A stretch of DNA of 64,000 nt, taken from Tubiluchus corallicola (Eukaryota; Animalia; Priapulida). The first letter of the stretch is position 1, and the number at the start of each line of letters is the position of its first letter. Where the stretch lies: NCBI GenBank assembly GCA_030141605.1, contig JAQGDQ010000680.1, positions 49,885-113,884 on the forward strand, read 5' to 3'. The position numbers were made by a program, and so were the translations under genes. Positions 53,701 to 64,000 of this stretch are shown here, piece by piece. Under the pieces are notes generated by a model. The model had not been told where the DNA came from, made no database searches, and worked only from the letters and a program-made list of their open reading frames with translations.

Positions 53701-54784
53701 ATAAATTAAAACATTTAGTAAAACTTAGGAAATCAAGAAAGAATGAAATATGTGTAATTATAATGCTACCATATCCAATTAATTTTACAGACCTGAGACA
53801 TAATTCAGCCACTTGCTAAAATTTTTATTAATTATAACCTTTTGAATGTGGTTTGTATACAGTATGTCTTCAAAATAACATTACTGTTTCTTTAAAGATG
53901 AGATTGCGTAAATGATGTATTACCAGTACAGATCCACCTCTGCCTTGGCTTCTTACAGTAACTCCTAGCCATTGACCATCTTTAATTTCATCCCTAGCAG
54001 GACCTGTCAAATAAATCAATATTTAAAGTATTGCATTATTAGTATTATTTTACCAAGACCACATCTTGACAGAACGAATAAACTTAATGTACTAATTGAT
54101 TTAACTTAACAGCACGCTGTGCTGACTTTTCTCTATTTAGATTGCAACGTAGGTTCAGATCTCACGCCGAATTCGTTTTATCCAGGTTATAGGTAATCAG
54201 TAAAATACTTAGGCCTAATCAGTATACTAAAAGCGTCCATTAATTGATTAGGTAACAGGCACCATCTATGATAATTATTACCCTTAAGAACATCACTGAC
54301 TGCAAACACATATACTGTTATAATGGCAGCGCTGTTAAGTAGATATATTATAACTCTATAAGCAAAATCCAGTGCTCATTTCTTTTTTCAGTTAACACCA
54401 ACAATATGAAGACAAGGTCAAGAGGTGAGATTTTTGCCACAAATATGAGAAATTCAAGCCAGCTTCAATTTTAATTTCAATTTCAATGCACCACAAACTG
54501 TTTGGATATCACTGCTGCGGTTATGTATTATGTAAGACTACAAGCTGCTACCTAGTAGCTGCACATCCCACTGTTATCAATATATACAAATACCCTTTAC
54601 AAAATTGCTACGTACTAAAGTGTTTAATGATCAGGGTTTGTGTTCATTACCTAAGCCAATTAAGTTCTCTACGTTAACAGCAGTGCAGTCATCACGCCTA
54701 GCACTAATAGGACATTTCTGAACCAATCCTGTCAACTTTGTTCCTGGTTGACCTGTTTCTCCCTGAGGTGCACCGACCAATAAT
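38749..54784 (-). CDS. mew: Integrin alpha subunit, alphaPS1 / ITGA3-6-7 (laminin-binding) class; 5'-partial (signal-peptide exon not found in window)
   Basis: 24 phase-consistent exons: 54784-54651, 54003-53924, 53285-53103, 52755-52602, 51409-51202, 49186-49096, 48972-48867, 48419-48331, 48220-48081, 47775-47677, 47240-47009, 46906-46754, 46121-46042, 45892-45751, 45282-45041, 44061-43956, 43797-43678, 41784-41725, 41420-41367, 41107-40937, 40735-40616, 40373-40272, 40095-39967, 38829-38749 (~1024 aa). FG-GAP repeats with Ca loops ([45 protein letters not shown]), [21 protein letters not shown], genu [24 protein letters not shown], furin-type RRKR, RLWNSTF, TM segment and cytoplasmic GFFKR. 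No I-domain. Subfamily/symbol assignment is less sure than the family call. Confidence 0.93.
39212..39905. mobile_element. PIF/Harbinger-like MITE in the last integrin intron
   Basis: Inverted blocks TTTTCAAAATGGTTTGAGTGTTCAC (~39274) and GTGAACACTCAAATCATTTTTAAAA (~39855); right end GCTGTGTGAAAGG. Left end degenerate. Confidence 0.5.
39400..39641 (-). mobile_element. Short non-autonomous Helitron-like element
   Basis: Minus strand begins TCTATCTCTATATATAAAAAT and ends with a CGGAC...GTCCG hairpin followed by CCAAGT (degenerate CTAGT). Confidence 0.5.
44389..44754. mobile_element. Degenerate pogo/Tigger-like MITE
   Basis: Left CAATGAACAGACCTCATAACG..GATATAACG, right GTTATAACAAGGGTTTAATG-TA; same TTATAAC motif style as 8730-8925. 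Confidence 0.45.
47759..47832 (-). repeat. 38-bp tandem duplication spanning an integrin 3' splice site
   Basis: Minus strand: ACATTTTTATTGCTATCAG|GGCAAGACCATTCATTCAC ACATTTTTACTGCTAACAG|GGCAAGACCAGTCATTCAC. Confidence 0.9.
49389..50014. mobile_element. Old hAT-type MITE containing a TGTGG-rich patch
   Basis: TIRs CAGAAATGAGCGGA / TCCGCACATCTCTA; degenerate 8-bp TSD GTCACTGG / GTCATTAG. Confidence 0.6.
51955..52305. repeat. Diverged tandem duplication, ~230-bp period
   Basis: GAAGGTGATATCA..CCTAAATAC..GTCAAAAAAT..TTCACT..TAACT at ~51956-52072 and ~52185-52300. Confidence 0.7.
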
Positions 54785-55551
54785 CTGCAATAAACGACAT
54801 GAGTTACTGCATAAACTTTTACCAACTTCTGCGACTTAATCATAAGCACAACATTTAAAAAAGAATTAGTCTGATGGTGACGTGACAAATCATTCGTATA
54901 GTAAGATATCCCACTATTCTACACCAACAGTGCCACTTGTGCCAGAATAACAGCAACAATAGAGAGTATGTATTCAAATTTACACATTGATTGTATATGC
55001 ATAACTAATAGGCGCAAAGGACCATAAATTATATCATAAATATTAATGCAAATAATCAATGTCCTTACGGCAGAAATAATTAGTGATTATAATAATTTAT
55101 GAGCCACGGATAAGTGATACACGTAGGATTCTGGTGAACATTCTACTGACGAGAGGAAGGTGGGGGTTAAACTTCGGAGGTAAACATGTTTTGAAGTTAC
55201 TACAAGATTATCAAGTGAAATTATATTATTTATTACGTAGTTAAAATGTACGAGACCTAGAAGATTCAAAACAATCACCACATCGGTTGCTCGTCTGAAT
55301 GGATATTTCACGCGATTAGGTACTAGGTAGTATAGTACAAATGGTGCAATGCACTACACGTACGTATAGGAAGCTACGTATTGCAGTCAAGTATCGAAAA
55401 CAAAAATGTAATTTGTTTGCGTCTTTACTACCTCTTTACTACTACTTTAATGATCAGAAATGAAGACAATGTTTGGTAAGTGAACGCGGTGGATGAAATT
55501 ACACCTGTTCAAAGAACGATAAAGACAGACACGCGGTTTTTATGATTTTAT

Positions 55552-56840
55552 ATACAGGTGTGCAGACATATAATTAGCTATTTAGACACAAGGTGATTTA
55601 CACACGGATCATTTGGACACATATAGACAATTTGGACACACAGGTATCTTGGTCTCATAAGATATTTAGACAATAGGTCATTTTGACACAAGAAGTAGGC
55701 ATGTGCAGCATGAGTTGTTATCCCGGGATCTTTCAGATTTGTAAAATATTTAAATTTACACCGATTGACCAAAAAATTAATACGCCTGAGCGTGATCTGA
55801 GCCAACAGGTGTGGTATCCATTTTTTAGCAGTGAAACTACTAAAGCAATGATACTACTAGTTTCTATTCAGTAGCTTTACGTGACTAGCCCATCCACAAT
55901 AAACTTCTTATATCGGTGTCCAAGTGTCCTTTGTAAAAAGTGTATACTGTAGAGACGTTTTTTAAAATATTAAAATAGCTTGGGCATGTCAGTATAGCTG
56001 TGGCGAGAACGCCGAAATTTATTCATTATGTGCGGCAACAGAGATGAGCACAGGAAAACTTTTTATCACGCGACAAATGTACTGTACAAACTAGAAAGCT
56101 TTTTACTGCTCATTTTAGTAACTTGTAAAGAGAAAAACTTCTCTTGCTAATACTCATCCCTTAGTCTTAATTAACATCTAAACAGCTTAATCTGTATTGC
56201 ATCATAGTCACCCTTAATTCAATTGAATTTCAATTCAGGGTGAAAACTTACAGCAAGAAATCTCACCGTATCCGTTGCAATCGCCGCACCGTGTCAATCG
56301 CATTTGTCGCAGTTACCGTTACCGCATGCGGATATCCGCATACTATAAAAACGGCCAAATATTTACGCAATTTTTGACCTGAAGACCGTAATTACTATTG
56401 GAAGAGTTGGATGAAAGTAACGAGAAAAAGAATCTTTCAAAAGACATAATATATCGTCTGTTTGATCTGCGGTTCTTAGGCAGGTTTTTTCCGAAATAAC
56501 TCCTTGAATTTTGCAAACAAAGCGGTTTAAATTCAACTATCTTCAACAACAATGTATAACTGAATAACCTATAGATGGTACCATGTCCCCCAATTAATCC
56601 AAATGATACTTTGTCTAAACAGTTTAGGTAAGCAAGCCAGAAACATCTAGTATCCAAATTGTATCTCCAAAACCCCTATAAATAGCCCACGTGTCCAAAT
56701 AACCTATATGTGCCCACATCATCTTGTGTCCAAATGATATATGTGTCGAAATGTCCTATATGTGTCCAATATACCTATTTGTCGGACACACTGTGTCCAA
56801 AATGTTTATGTCGAAAAAGCCTGCGTCTAAAACCCCTGTA
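55552..56840. mobile_element. Foldback-type MITE with TTTGGACAC / GTGTCCAAA arrays (family copy 2) with a probable nested insertion at ~55980-56345
   Basis: TACAGGTGTGCAGACA ... GTCTAAAACCCCTGTA termini; inverse subterminal arrays; nested CpG-rich segment ends GCGGATATCCGCA, like the right end of the MITE at 49389-50014. Confidence 0.7.
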
Positions 56841-59800
56841 TTCAGACCATTGTAACCAATCTACATCTCAATTGAACTTTGATGTATTTCGCAATTCTGC
56901 AATGGTTCAGATGAGCGTACTTAAATACCTTAAGAACTCGCTCATGAATTAACAGTACAATGCGACCAGCATCCAGACACTCCAAATTTGCTTGCTAGCC
57001 GTCCTCTCAAGTAGTTATCCACAGCATTCATACATTCTACATTGCCTTGTTATGTTAAACCGTTTCTTTTTTACGACTATTATTAAATTTTAGTTTCTGC
57101 TTCATTACTCGCATTGTATCTGTAAATGTATTACTGTACGTTACGTATACTTTGCACGTAACAAAGCTTTTTTGTTATAATTTATCGTATAACAATTTTG
57201 AAATTAAAGTTGTAAGTCAACAAATTTTGACGTTGTCAGAGGCATGTTTTTTTTACTAAACTTGCACTATTGTTGCGTTGCAAAAAAAATTCAGCAAAAA
57301 AGAAGAAATATATTCAGTGTAAACAGTAAACTGCTAATATTTGCGCTTTTACATTCTTGTTTTGGTAGAACGTTGCATTCTCCGAAAAGGTTTCTAACTG
57401 GTTATTCTCCCATGGACATAAGTCTCCGCAATTAGATAATCCTGTAACTGCTTTTCTTTGGTTCAATGTATTATCTGTAATGAGGTGAGGGACTGCATGC
57501 TTGCATGCTTGTAAGTGGCATTACTGAGTTCCATTCAATTGTTGAATATCGCTTGCATTCGTTTTCCATTCATCAGCTAAATTTTGATAATAAGTATTGA
57601 AAAGGTAAGTCCCAAAGTTCATTTTGGTAAAAGCTTATCATGCAGACTCTGGAACTCTATAGAATTCACTTTGATATATTGAAGCATAAACACGGGACGC
57701 GGAAACTACAGGGATTGAAGTCACCAAGATTGAAACTCACTAGGACAAGAACTCGTAGGATGAGATGCACGGGACCAGAAGCACATGAGAGAAGAATTTC
57801 ACTGACTAGAATCAGATATGAATACTGAAGCCCTGTAGATAGTGTTAGAATTTATTAGGTTAGACTGAAACTTTGCAGGTCAGGATTTATTCGGAATTTA
57901 TAGTTAATCAGGCTGGAGTTAATGTTCGGAAATGGCTAGGTTGGAGTCACAGGACACAATACTTCTCATCTAGAAAGTTAGGCAAAATTTTTAACAAAAT
58001 TCATGGTTCTTCAAACGTTTTTTCGAACAAGTCGTTTACATTTAAAACCACACTGTTCTGTCTCTGGTGCGCAGATTGGTGAATTTAGGAACGGATGCAT
58101 AGCAAGCTAATTTTGAAATTTATTTAATGAATTCATGGCACAAAAATCGCAGATTAATTATTTATGGAAATGTTTTGTTGTCGTGCGTATAGGGAGTGAA
58201 CAGAGCATTAGAACAGCTATTCCTGCTGTGTAAACTGGCTTCCTGGTAACAGTGCGATCGCAAATGTCATTTCGGCAAAACTCATGCGAAATTGCTCATA
58301 ATAAAATGGAATTTATTGTGCATTACGTTTGCTGCAACACATCAATCAAAAGTGACATGCTTTACGCTAGTGTACGTATGCACAGACAACAGACAATAAT
58401 TGCCATGCTGCATTGCACATACTATATAAATAACATCCCTAAAAGTACAAAGCAAACATAGGTCAAACTTGCGCATTTCTTTGGAAGTTTGAATTAAGCG
58501 AAATACGCTCACTGAACGAATAAAATCAAGTTCCATATCAAATGAAACGAAGAATTCATGTTATCAGAAATCGTTGTTTATTAATAACAGTTGTCTTTAC
58601 AATCAAATTTTCTTTGAAAATACAACCACTTACGTCAAAGTTCAAGGTCAAAAATAAGTGGTACTAGAAATAGCTAAATGGCAAGACATGACAATGTTCC
58701 AGTTGGACCAGCTTATAAATATTACAATCAAAATTGTGCAAGTTGAAAAACTTTATTGAAGTGCATGGCTGAAACTCAGGCTCTGACGACATCTTCAAGT
58801 TTTCACGTGCCAAAAAAACAAAATTTAGTTTTAAGCACAAATGACACCCTAAATCAGCAAATGCTTGTGTGCATTTCATCCACTGATTGATTGTTAACTT
58901 CCATCAAAAATTTGTCTAACTCCAACAAACGAAAAACGATGAAACTATGAATTCCAATAATTACTACCATGACGTAAAAGAGAGCAAATAACTTTGAAAT
59001 AAGTCCACAAATTAATTTCAAGTTTCAAAAACCATGACATTAGTGCGAAATGACTGCGACTAGTGTGCAAGTTAAAGGAAACCTAACCCAATTTAAAACT
59101 ATAGCTGAAAACAATCCACATTGAAAAATATTGAAAATAAAAATGCCATTTTTTTAAAAATGACTTGTAAACGTGAAAGAATTATTGCCGTAGAAACCTA
59201 ATTTTGCATTTGTATCTTCGAAAGGGGCTGCACAAAACAGTCGCTGTACCTTCGAATTCAAATGTAGTTCAGTTGTGATGTGGCACATACGGTCAAGAGC
59301 TCAGCCACAAGCACAGCAGTAAACTTGAATCTTTATATCTTGAGTTTAAATTTTTAAAGGAAAAGCCAAGGCTATCGGGAAGTTTAGCTTATTCTAACAT
59401 TTCAAAAATAAAATAGTGAAAAACACCTCGTATAATTAGTAAAATCAATTTAAACTCGCAATCATTTCACGATGGCTTTTGACAATGTCATCTTGTTGCC
59501 TTGCAACGTAAACACTTATCCTTCCAGTGCTTGAGCTAATTACAGCTGCAGTTGTCATTATCAACTACAAACAATACAAAGCGTTAAACGAGACCCTTTT
59601 AATATCACGTTAGCTTTTGATGAATCTCGTTGCCCACTATGTAATAAAAACCAATTAACGCTGATAATGTAATAGCCTCCAACTCGGGTAGTTAAACACA
59701 ACAAAGTGAAAATTATTTTATGAAGCTAAAACCGAACTCGTCAAATCTAAGTAAAACGCTCGGTAACTTACTATATGCTCGTACCGACGCAGAATCCCAT

Positions 59801-61716
59801 GCTTATCTGTAATTAGATTTTGTACTTAGACATGAGCTATAATCTGTGGATTACAGTTATATATGTAAGCACTTTAAAGTTGATGCTAAATAATCCACTG
59901 ACTAATTTTTACATAAACACAGTTAGACAAAAATATTTTATAGCTAGAATAACGGAAGTTCTGAGCGAACTGCAGAAGTTCTGATACGCATGCCTTCGTA
60001 TCAATACGCATGCCTTCGTATCAATTTTGAAATAATGTCCACAACAAATTCGTTTGGAGAGAGATAAGAACTTTAAATTTCTTTTGCATTTTTAACCAAC
60101 GCATGTTATGTGTACAATGTACATAGTATGGCAATTTCAATATTTTTAAGTGTGCATCAAAATACAATGAATGTTGTCTGACGCTCGGTTTTTTTCCTTT
60201 AGTTGTTGAGTTTTAGTGTATCACACTGAATATTGACAGTATCATTGTACATGTACTTTATTTTTTGCAACACGCTCGTGGAATGTTTGTGCTGTTGAAA
60301 ATTATGTTCAGTGGTGATACCATCACAAACTGAGCTTGCCCGTCGTGCCCCAGTCGTTAATTTAGTTTTAACGTATCATTTAATTATCAGAAACACTTTG
60401 GTGTGGTGTTATTATAGAATGTACACTTTTTACAGTACTTCAAAATATGGTAGGATATGAAAAATCACCCTGCTTAATTTTTAAATTTATCAGAAGCAGT
60501 TGTAGTCAATGCGATTCATAATGTTTCACTATATACGTTGTCGATGAAATTAAAATAAGGCGCTTCTATGATATCCATAAACTTACCAATCACTACAATA
60601 GGCGAGTAGACTTAATTGCATTACGCCTTGTATAAGGCAATGTATTGGAATATAGTGGCTGAGTATTGACGGGAATGCAAGTATTTTACGCTGTACGTGA
60701 CGCCAGCAGTCACCCCAGTGAGGACTGGGAACGGCTTCAATTCGTATGGTAGCCTGTCTAATAAAAATTAGTCCTGTCACAACGTACTACATGTTTTTTT
60801 TAACAATAAACATGAAAACGCGAAACTCAACAAATTATGAAAGTACGTGTGTATTTGTCACGCTAAATATTCATACGACACGGATACGTATAATGCAAAA
60901 GATAACTTCTTTATGAATTATCATCAACACACGCATTGGCTATATTATAGATTTTGGTTGAGTAAAATAAAAGAATAAGTTTATCAGCTAAAAAGTTACC
61001 AATTCATAACCGCCACTTGGAAATACAAGCGGCAAAAGTGAAAAGCAGTAAGATTAGTTATATAAAGTAAAAACATTGTGCTGCATTTTTGTACGAAAGA
61101 CAATTTGTGTAATGAAATATAATTTATTAACTGAAGGCCTATTAGTAGTTTGCTGCACAGATTATAATTTGTAGAATTTTTCTCACGGCGGCGCCAGTAT
61201 GAATATAGATTATAGAACACTAGAGATGTCTGCAAATGATAAACAACGCTGTTTGGATAGGCCCAGTGCCTCACAGGCATTCAATATAAGTCAACAAAAT
61301 CGCGCATAACCTTCTTTTATATTAGCACATAGGCGGCTTTACCAGTCATTCATTATAGATGCATATGGTAATTTAGTTAACCAAACCCTGGCTGTGTGTA
61401 AATGTATGATGCTGCGGAAATATTCAAAATCCCATTTGGGCTGTCGGGCTCGCTTCTATAGAAAGTGCTGATTACACACAATCATGCAATTAAACCATTA
61501 ATATTGCGCGTGTGGTCTACGGGGATCACGAGAGGTTGGCTTGCTAGCATAATACTCAGCTTCATCTAGAGAAATGCAATTTTACTAATTTATTCCTCTA
61601 ATGTATAACCATGAATGAAGAAGTGTTGCCTATAAAAGCACATACATATTGACTCACAATCTCTATATATTAATTTCGGTGGTATAGGACGTTTTATATA
61701 CATATAAGGCCCTATT

Positions 61717-63445
61717 ATATATATATATATATGCATATATATAAGATTCGAGGCTACAGCTCCCAAGACGGCACCATTTTTGGCAATCTTTCCTTTACCA
61801 TTGGGGGTTTATTTTTCGAATCGGGTCCACCAGAAGAGAAACCAGTGGGGGGGGCGACATCCTCCAAAAATGGCACTTTTTCGTCCGTTTTTTGCAAAAC
61901 ACATACCTCTTATTTCTAGAGAACAGGAATGGGTCGGGGATGGTGCCGGTAATGGTTGCATGGCTCGTTCAACGGTGGGTGTAGTGTCGCGGGAGAGCCT
62001 GGGTTTCCCGTAACGGACATTTTCCCGGACCCATACACCCAAACTTTGAGAAAAACTGTGCAAAACAATGCAGAATGACCGCACATTATTGATCATTGGT
62101 AGATGGGTCTAACAGCATTTGTTATACGTAGCAGACAGTTTCAACTTTGCACAAAATGCTTTGTATGGTTTTGCTATGACGCTCTGCTGTTGGTGTTGTA
62201 AGTGTCGTCATCATCTTCGTCATCATGATCATCACGATCACCAAGTTACGTGGTGGATTTGGTGCTGTGGGTGTTATGGTGTGGTATGGTCTGGGTAGTG
62301 TGGTGTAGGTAATGTGGTGTGGATAGTGTGATGCTGTAGTAGGGTGGAATGTGGCATGGTATGAGTGGTGTGGTGGACATGGCTGTGATGGGTGTGGTGT
62401 GGATTGTCATTGTGAGTTTATGTACAAAATGCTTTTGCGGCGTTTGGCTAGTCTGTGTCGGTGTAGTCGGTGGTTTGTGGATATATAATCATTTCTGGAG
62501 ATATATATATATATATCTCCAGAAATGCCAATACAAGATTCGAGGCTACAGCTCCAACGACGGCACGGCTTTCGCCGATCTATATGTCAAACGAAAGGTC
62601 TCGATCTAGTGCCATTTCACTGATGGTTTATTTTTCGGATTGGGGCCACTGAAACGAACAGTGAGTAAAAAACCTCCAAAATGGCCATTTTTTGCCCGTT
62701 TTTTTGAAAATCATGCCTCTTATTTCTACAGTTCGGGAATGTGCCAGGCGTGACATTCATAATGGTTGGGTAGCCCGTTCGGCAGTGGGTGTTACAGGTG
62801 TATTTAGAATTACGGAAAGGCCACAGCGTCCCGTACGGGCATTTTCACGGACCCAACTACCGATTTTTTCGAAATTCTGACTAAAACATCGTGTACAAAA
62901 AACGTTCTAGCTGCGCCTGGTGGGATTCTTGGAAGGAAATATATACTGTTTGGGAAGAGAAGGTACAGAGCTATACGATAAGTGGGTCACATTTTCAGCC
63001 ACCAAGAGGAGCTGTGACGAGTTGATTGAAGGTTCTATTTTGGGCGATTCTCTCTTAGAAGCTACAGTGACGATTGCATTCTTCTGATGCCATTCCATTG
63101 TAGTTTGCATTTGTCACAGCACATAGTTTTAATTGTGCGCAAAATGTTTTACTTGGTTTCGCTGTGCTGTTGGTGTAGTAGGTGTCGTCATCATCATCAT
63201 CATCACCGTCATAATGATCATGATCATGTGATGAGGTAAGAAATAGTGAGTGTGGTGAGTTACTGTGGATGGTGTGGTGTGGTGTGGTGGGTGTTGTGTG
63301 GTTTGGTATGGGTAGTGTGGTGGGTGTGGCGTGATGTGAGTAATGTGCTGTGGTATGGATGGTTTAATCTTGGTCGTCGTGAAGTTCAATAGCACATTAC
63401 TATCACTTATCTGGAAGGATGAGCGTAATTTAAAATTCTTCTAGT
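61717..63445. repeat. Two diverged tandem ~0.8-0.9-kb composite units: (TA)n, CpG-rich core, (TCA)n, (TGTGG)n; possibly Helitron-derived
   Basis: AAGATTCGAGGCTACAGCTCC at ~61743 and ~62535; shared CCTCCAAAA.TGGC, CCTCTTATTTCTA, CATTTTC.CGGACCCA and GTGTCGTCATCATC; the array is followed by TTCTAGT at ~63439-63445. Confidence 0.8.
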
Positions 63446-64000
63446 ATTTCTTTCTACTTTACTGATACAGTGATTACATTCTAGGCAATCAGAAAATGCA
63501 GCACGGTCTTAATTAAACTGTTAAGATGTTAGAACAATTTTTAAAGTAATCTTACAGTAAGTATTTTTCTATATCATCTCCATAACATGTAGTCACATTA
63601 TTTTACATTCTTAATCTTAACATTTCAGTACTGGGCTTGAACAACAAAATTAGTGGATCAAATCCAGCCTCACTCGCTCAGTTCGTTTCCTTTCACGTTT
63701 TCTTTCTTTTGGGATTAATCTCATTAATGAAATTAGTTTAAATAGCAGCCACATTTTATCACATAGTTAATGGGTCCGTGTATATATAATCTGCTCACTC
63801 AGTACAGCGATCTATAATATCGAACATTGAACATTAATCTTCCGAAATATTTGGTTGATGTGCGTTTTGGACGAGCTGCGAACGGTGACAGTGTGTACTA
63901 CCCCTTGGTAGTCTTGCTGATGATTTGATGACTCATAGTCAACTATTAGCTGAGAGATGAGAATATTATTATTACATGTATAAGCATAACATCAATAATC

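Noticed and set aside
60583-60780. Candidate integrin coding exon 1
   Set aside because: No signal peptide or FG-GAP sequence, and splicing to 54784 creates a stop.
63129-63395. His/Pro/Thr-rich ORF (also 62349-62609, 49555-49795)
   Set aside because: Translation of TGTGG and TCA microsatellites.
1-64000. tRNA, rRNA, snRNA/snoRNA genes and SECIS/selenoprotein recoding
   Set aside because: No cloverleaf, rRNA signature or in-frame TGA within conserved coding blocks was seen; small ncRNAs cannot be excluded without an Infernal/Rfam scan.

Overview
AT-rich, intron-rich eukaryotic (bilaterian invertebrate-like) genomic DNA; the organism cannot be identified from this window. Four protein-coding genes were reconstructed by hand with phase-consistent GT-AG splicing: (1) PIGS, single coding exon, + strand, 4775-6466; (2) an uncharacterised ~312-aa gene, 7 coding exons, - strand, 20032->7518; (3) ACOT9, 12 exons, + strand, 21056-35245, ~430 aa; (4) an alphaPS1/ITGA3-6-7-class integrin alpha, - strand, 24 exons, 54784->38749, whose first coding exon was not found in the window. 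Introns are full of transposon debris (hAT, pogo/Tc1-like, Kolobok-like, Harbinger-like and Helitron-like non-autonomous elements, CR1/L2 and Gypsy remnants). The most striking structure is a young 943-bp element (perfect 38-bp TGT...ACA TIRs, 5-bp TSD, internal palindromes) inserted between the head-to-head start codons of gene 2 and ACOT9, which would otherwise be 75 bp apart. Also notable are a duplicated 3' splice site at the integrin propeller/thigh boundary and a duplicated terminal coding segment. No rRNA, tRNA or CRISPR was seen, and no clearly new multi-gene system can be supported. All gene models and TE family calls are by eye and lack transcript or database support.
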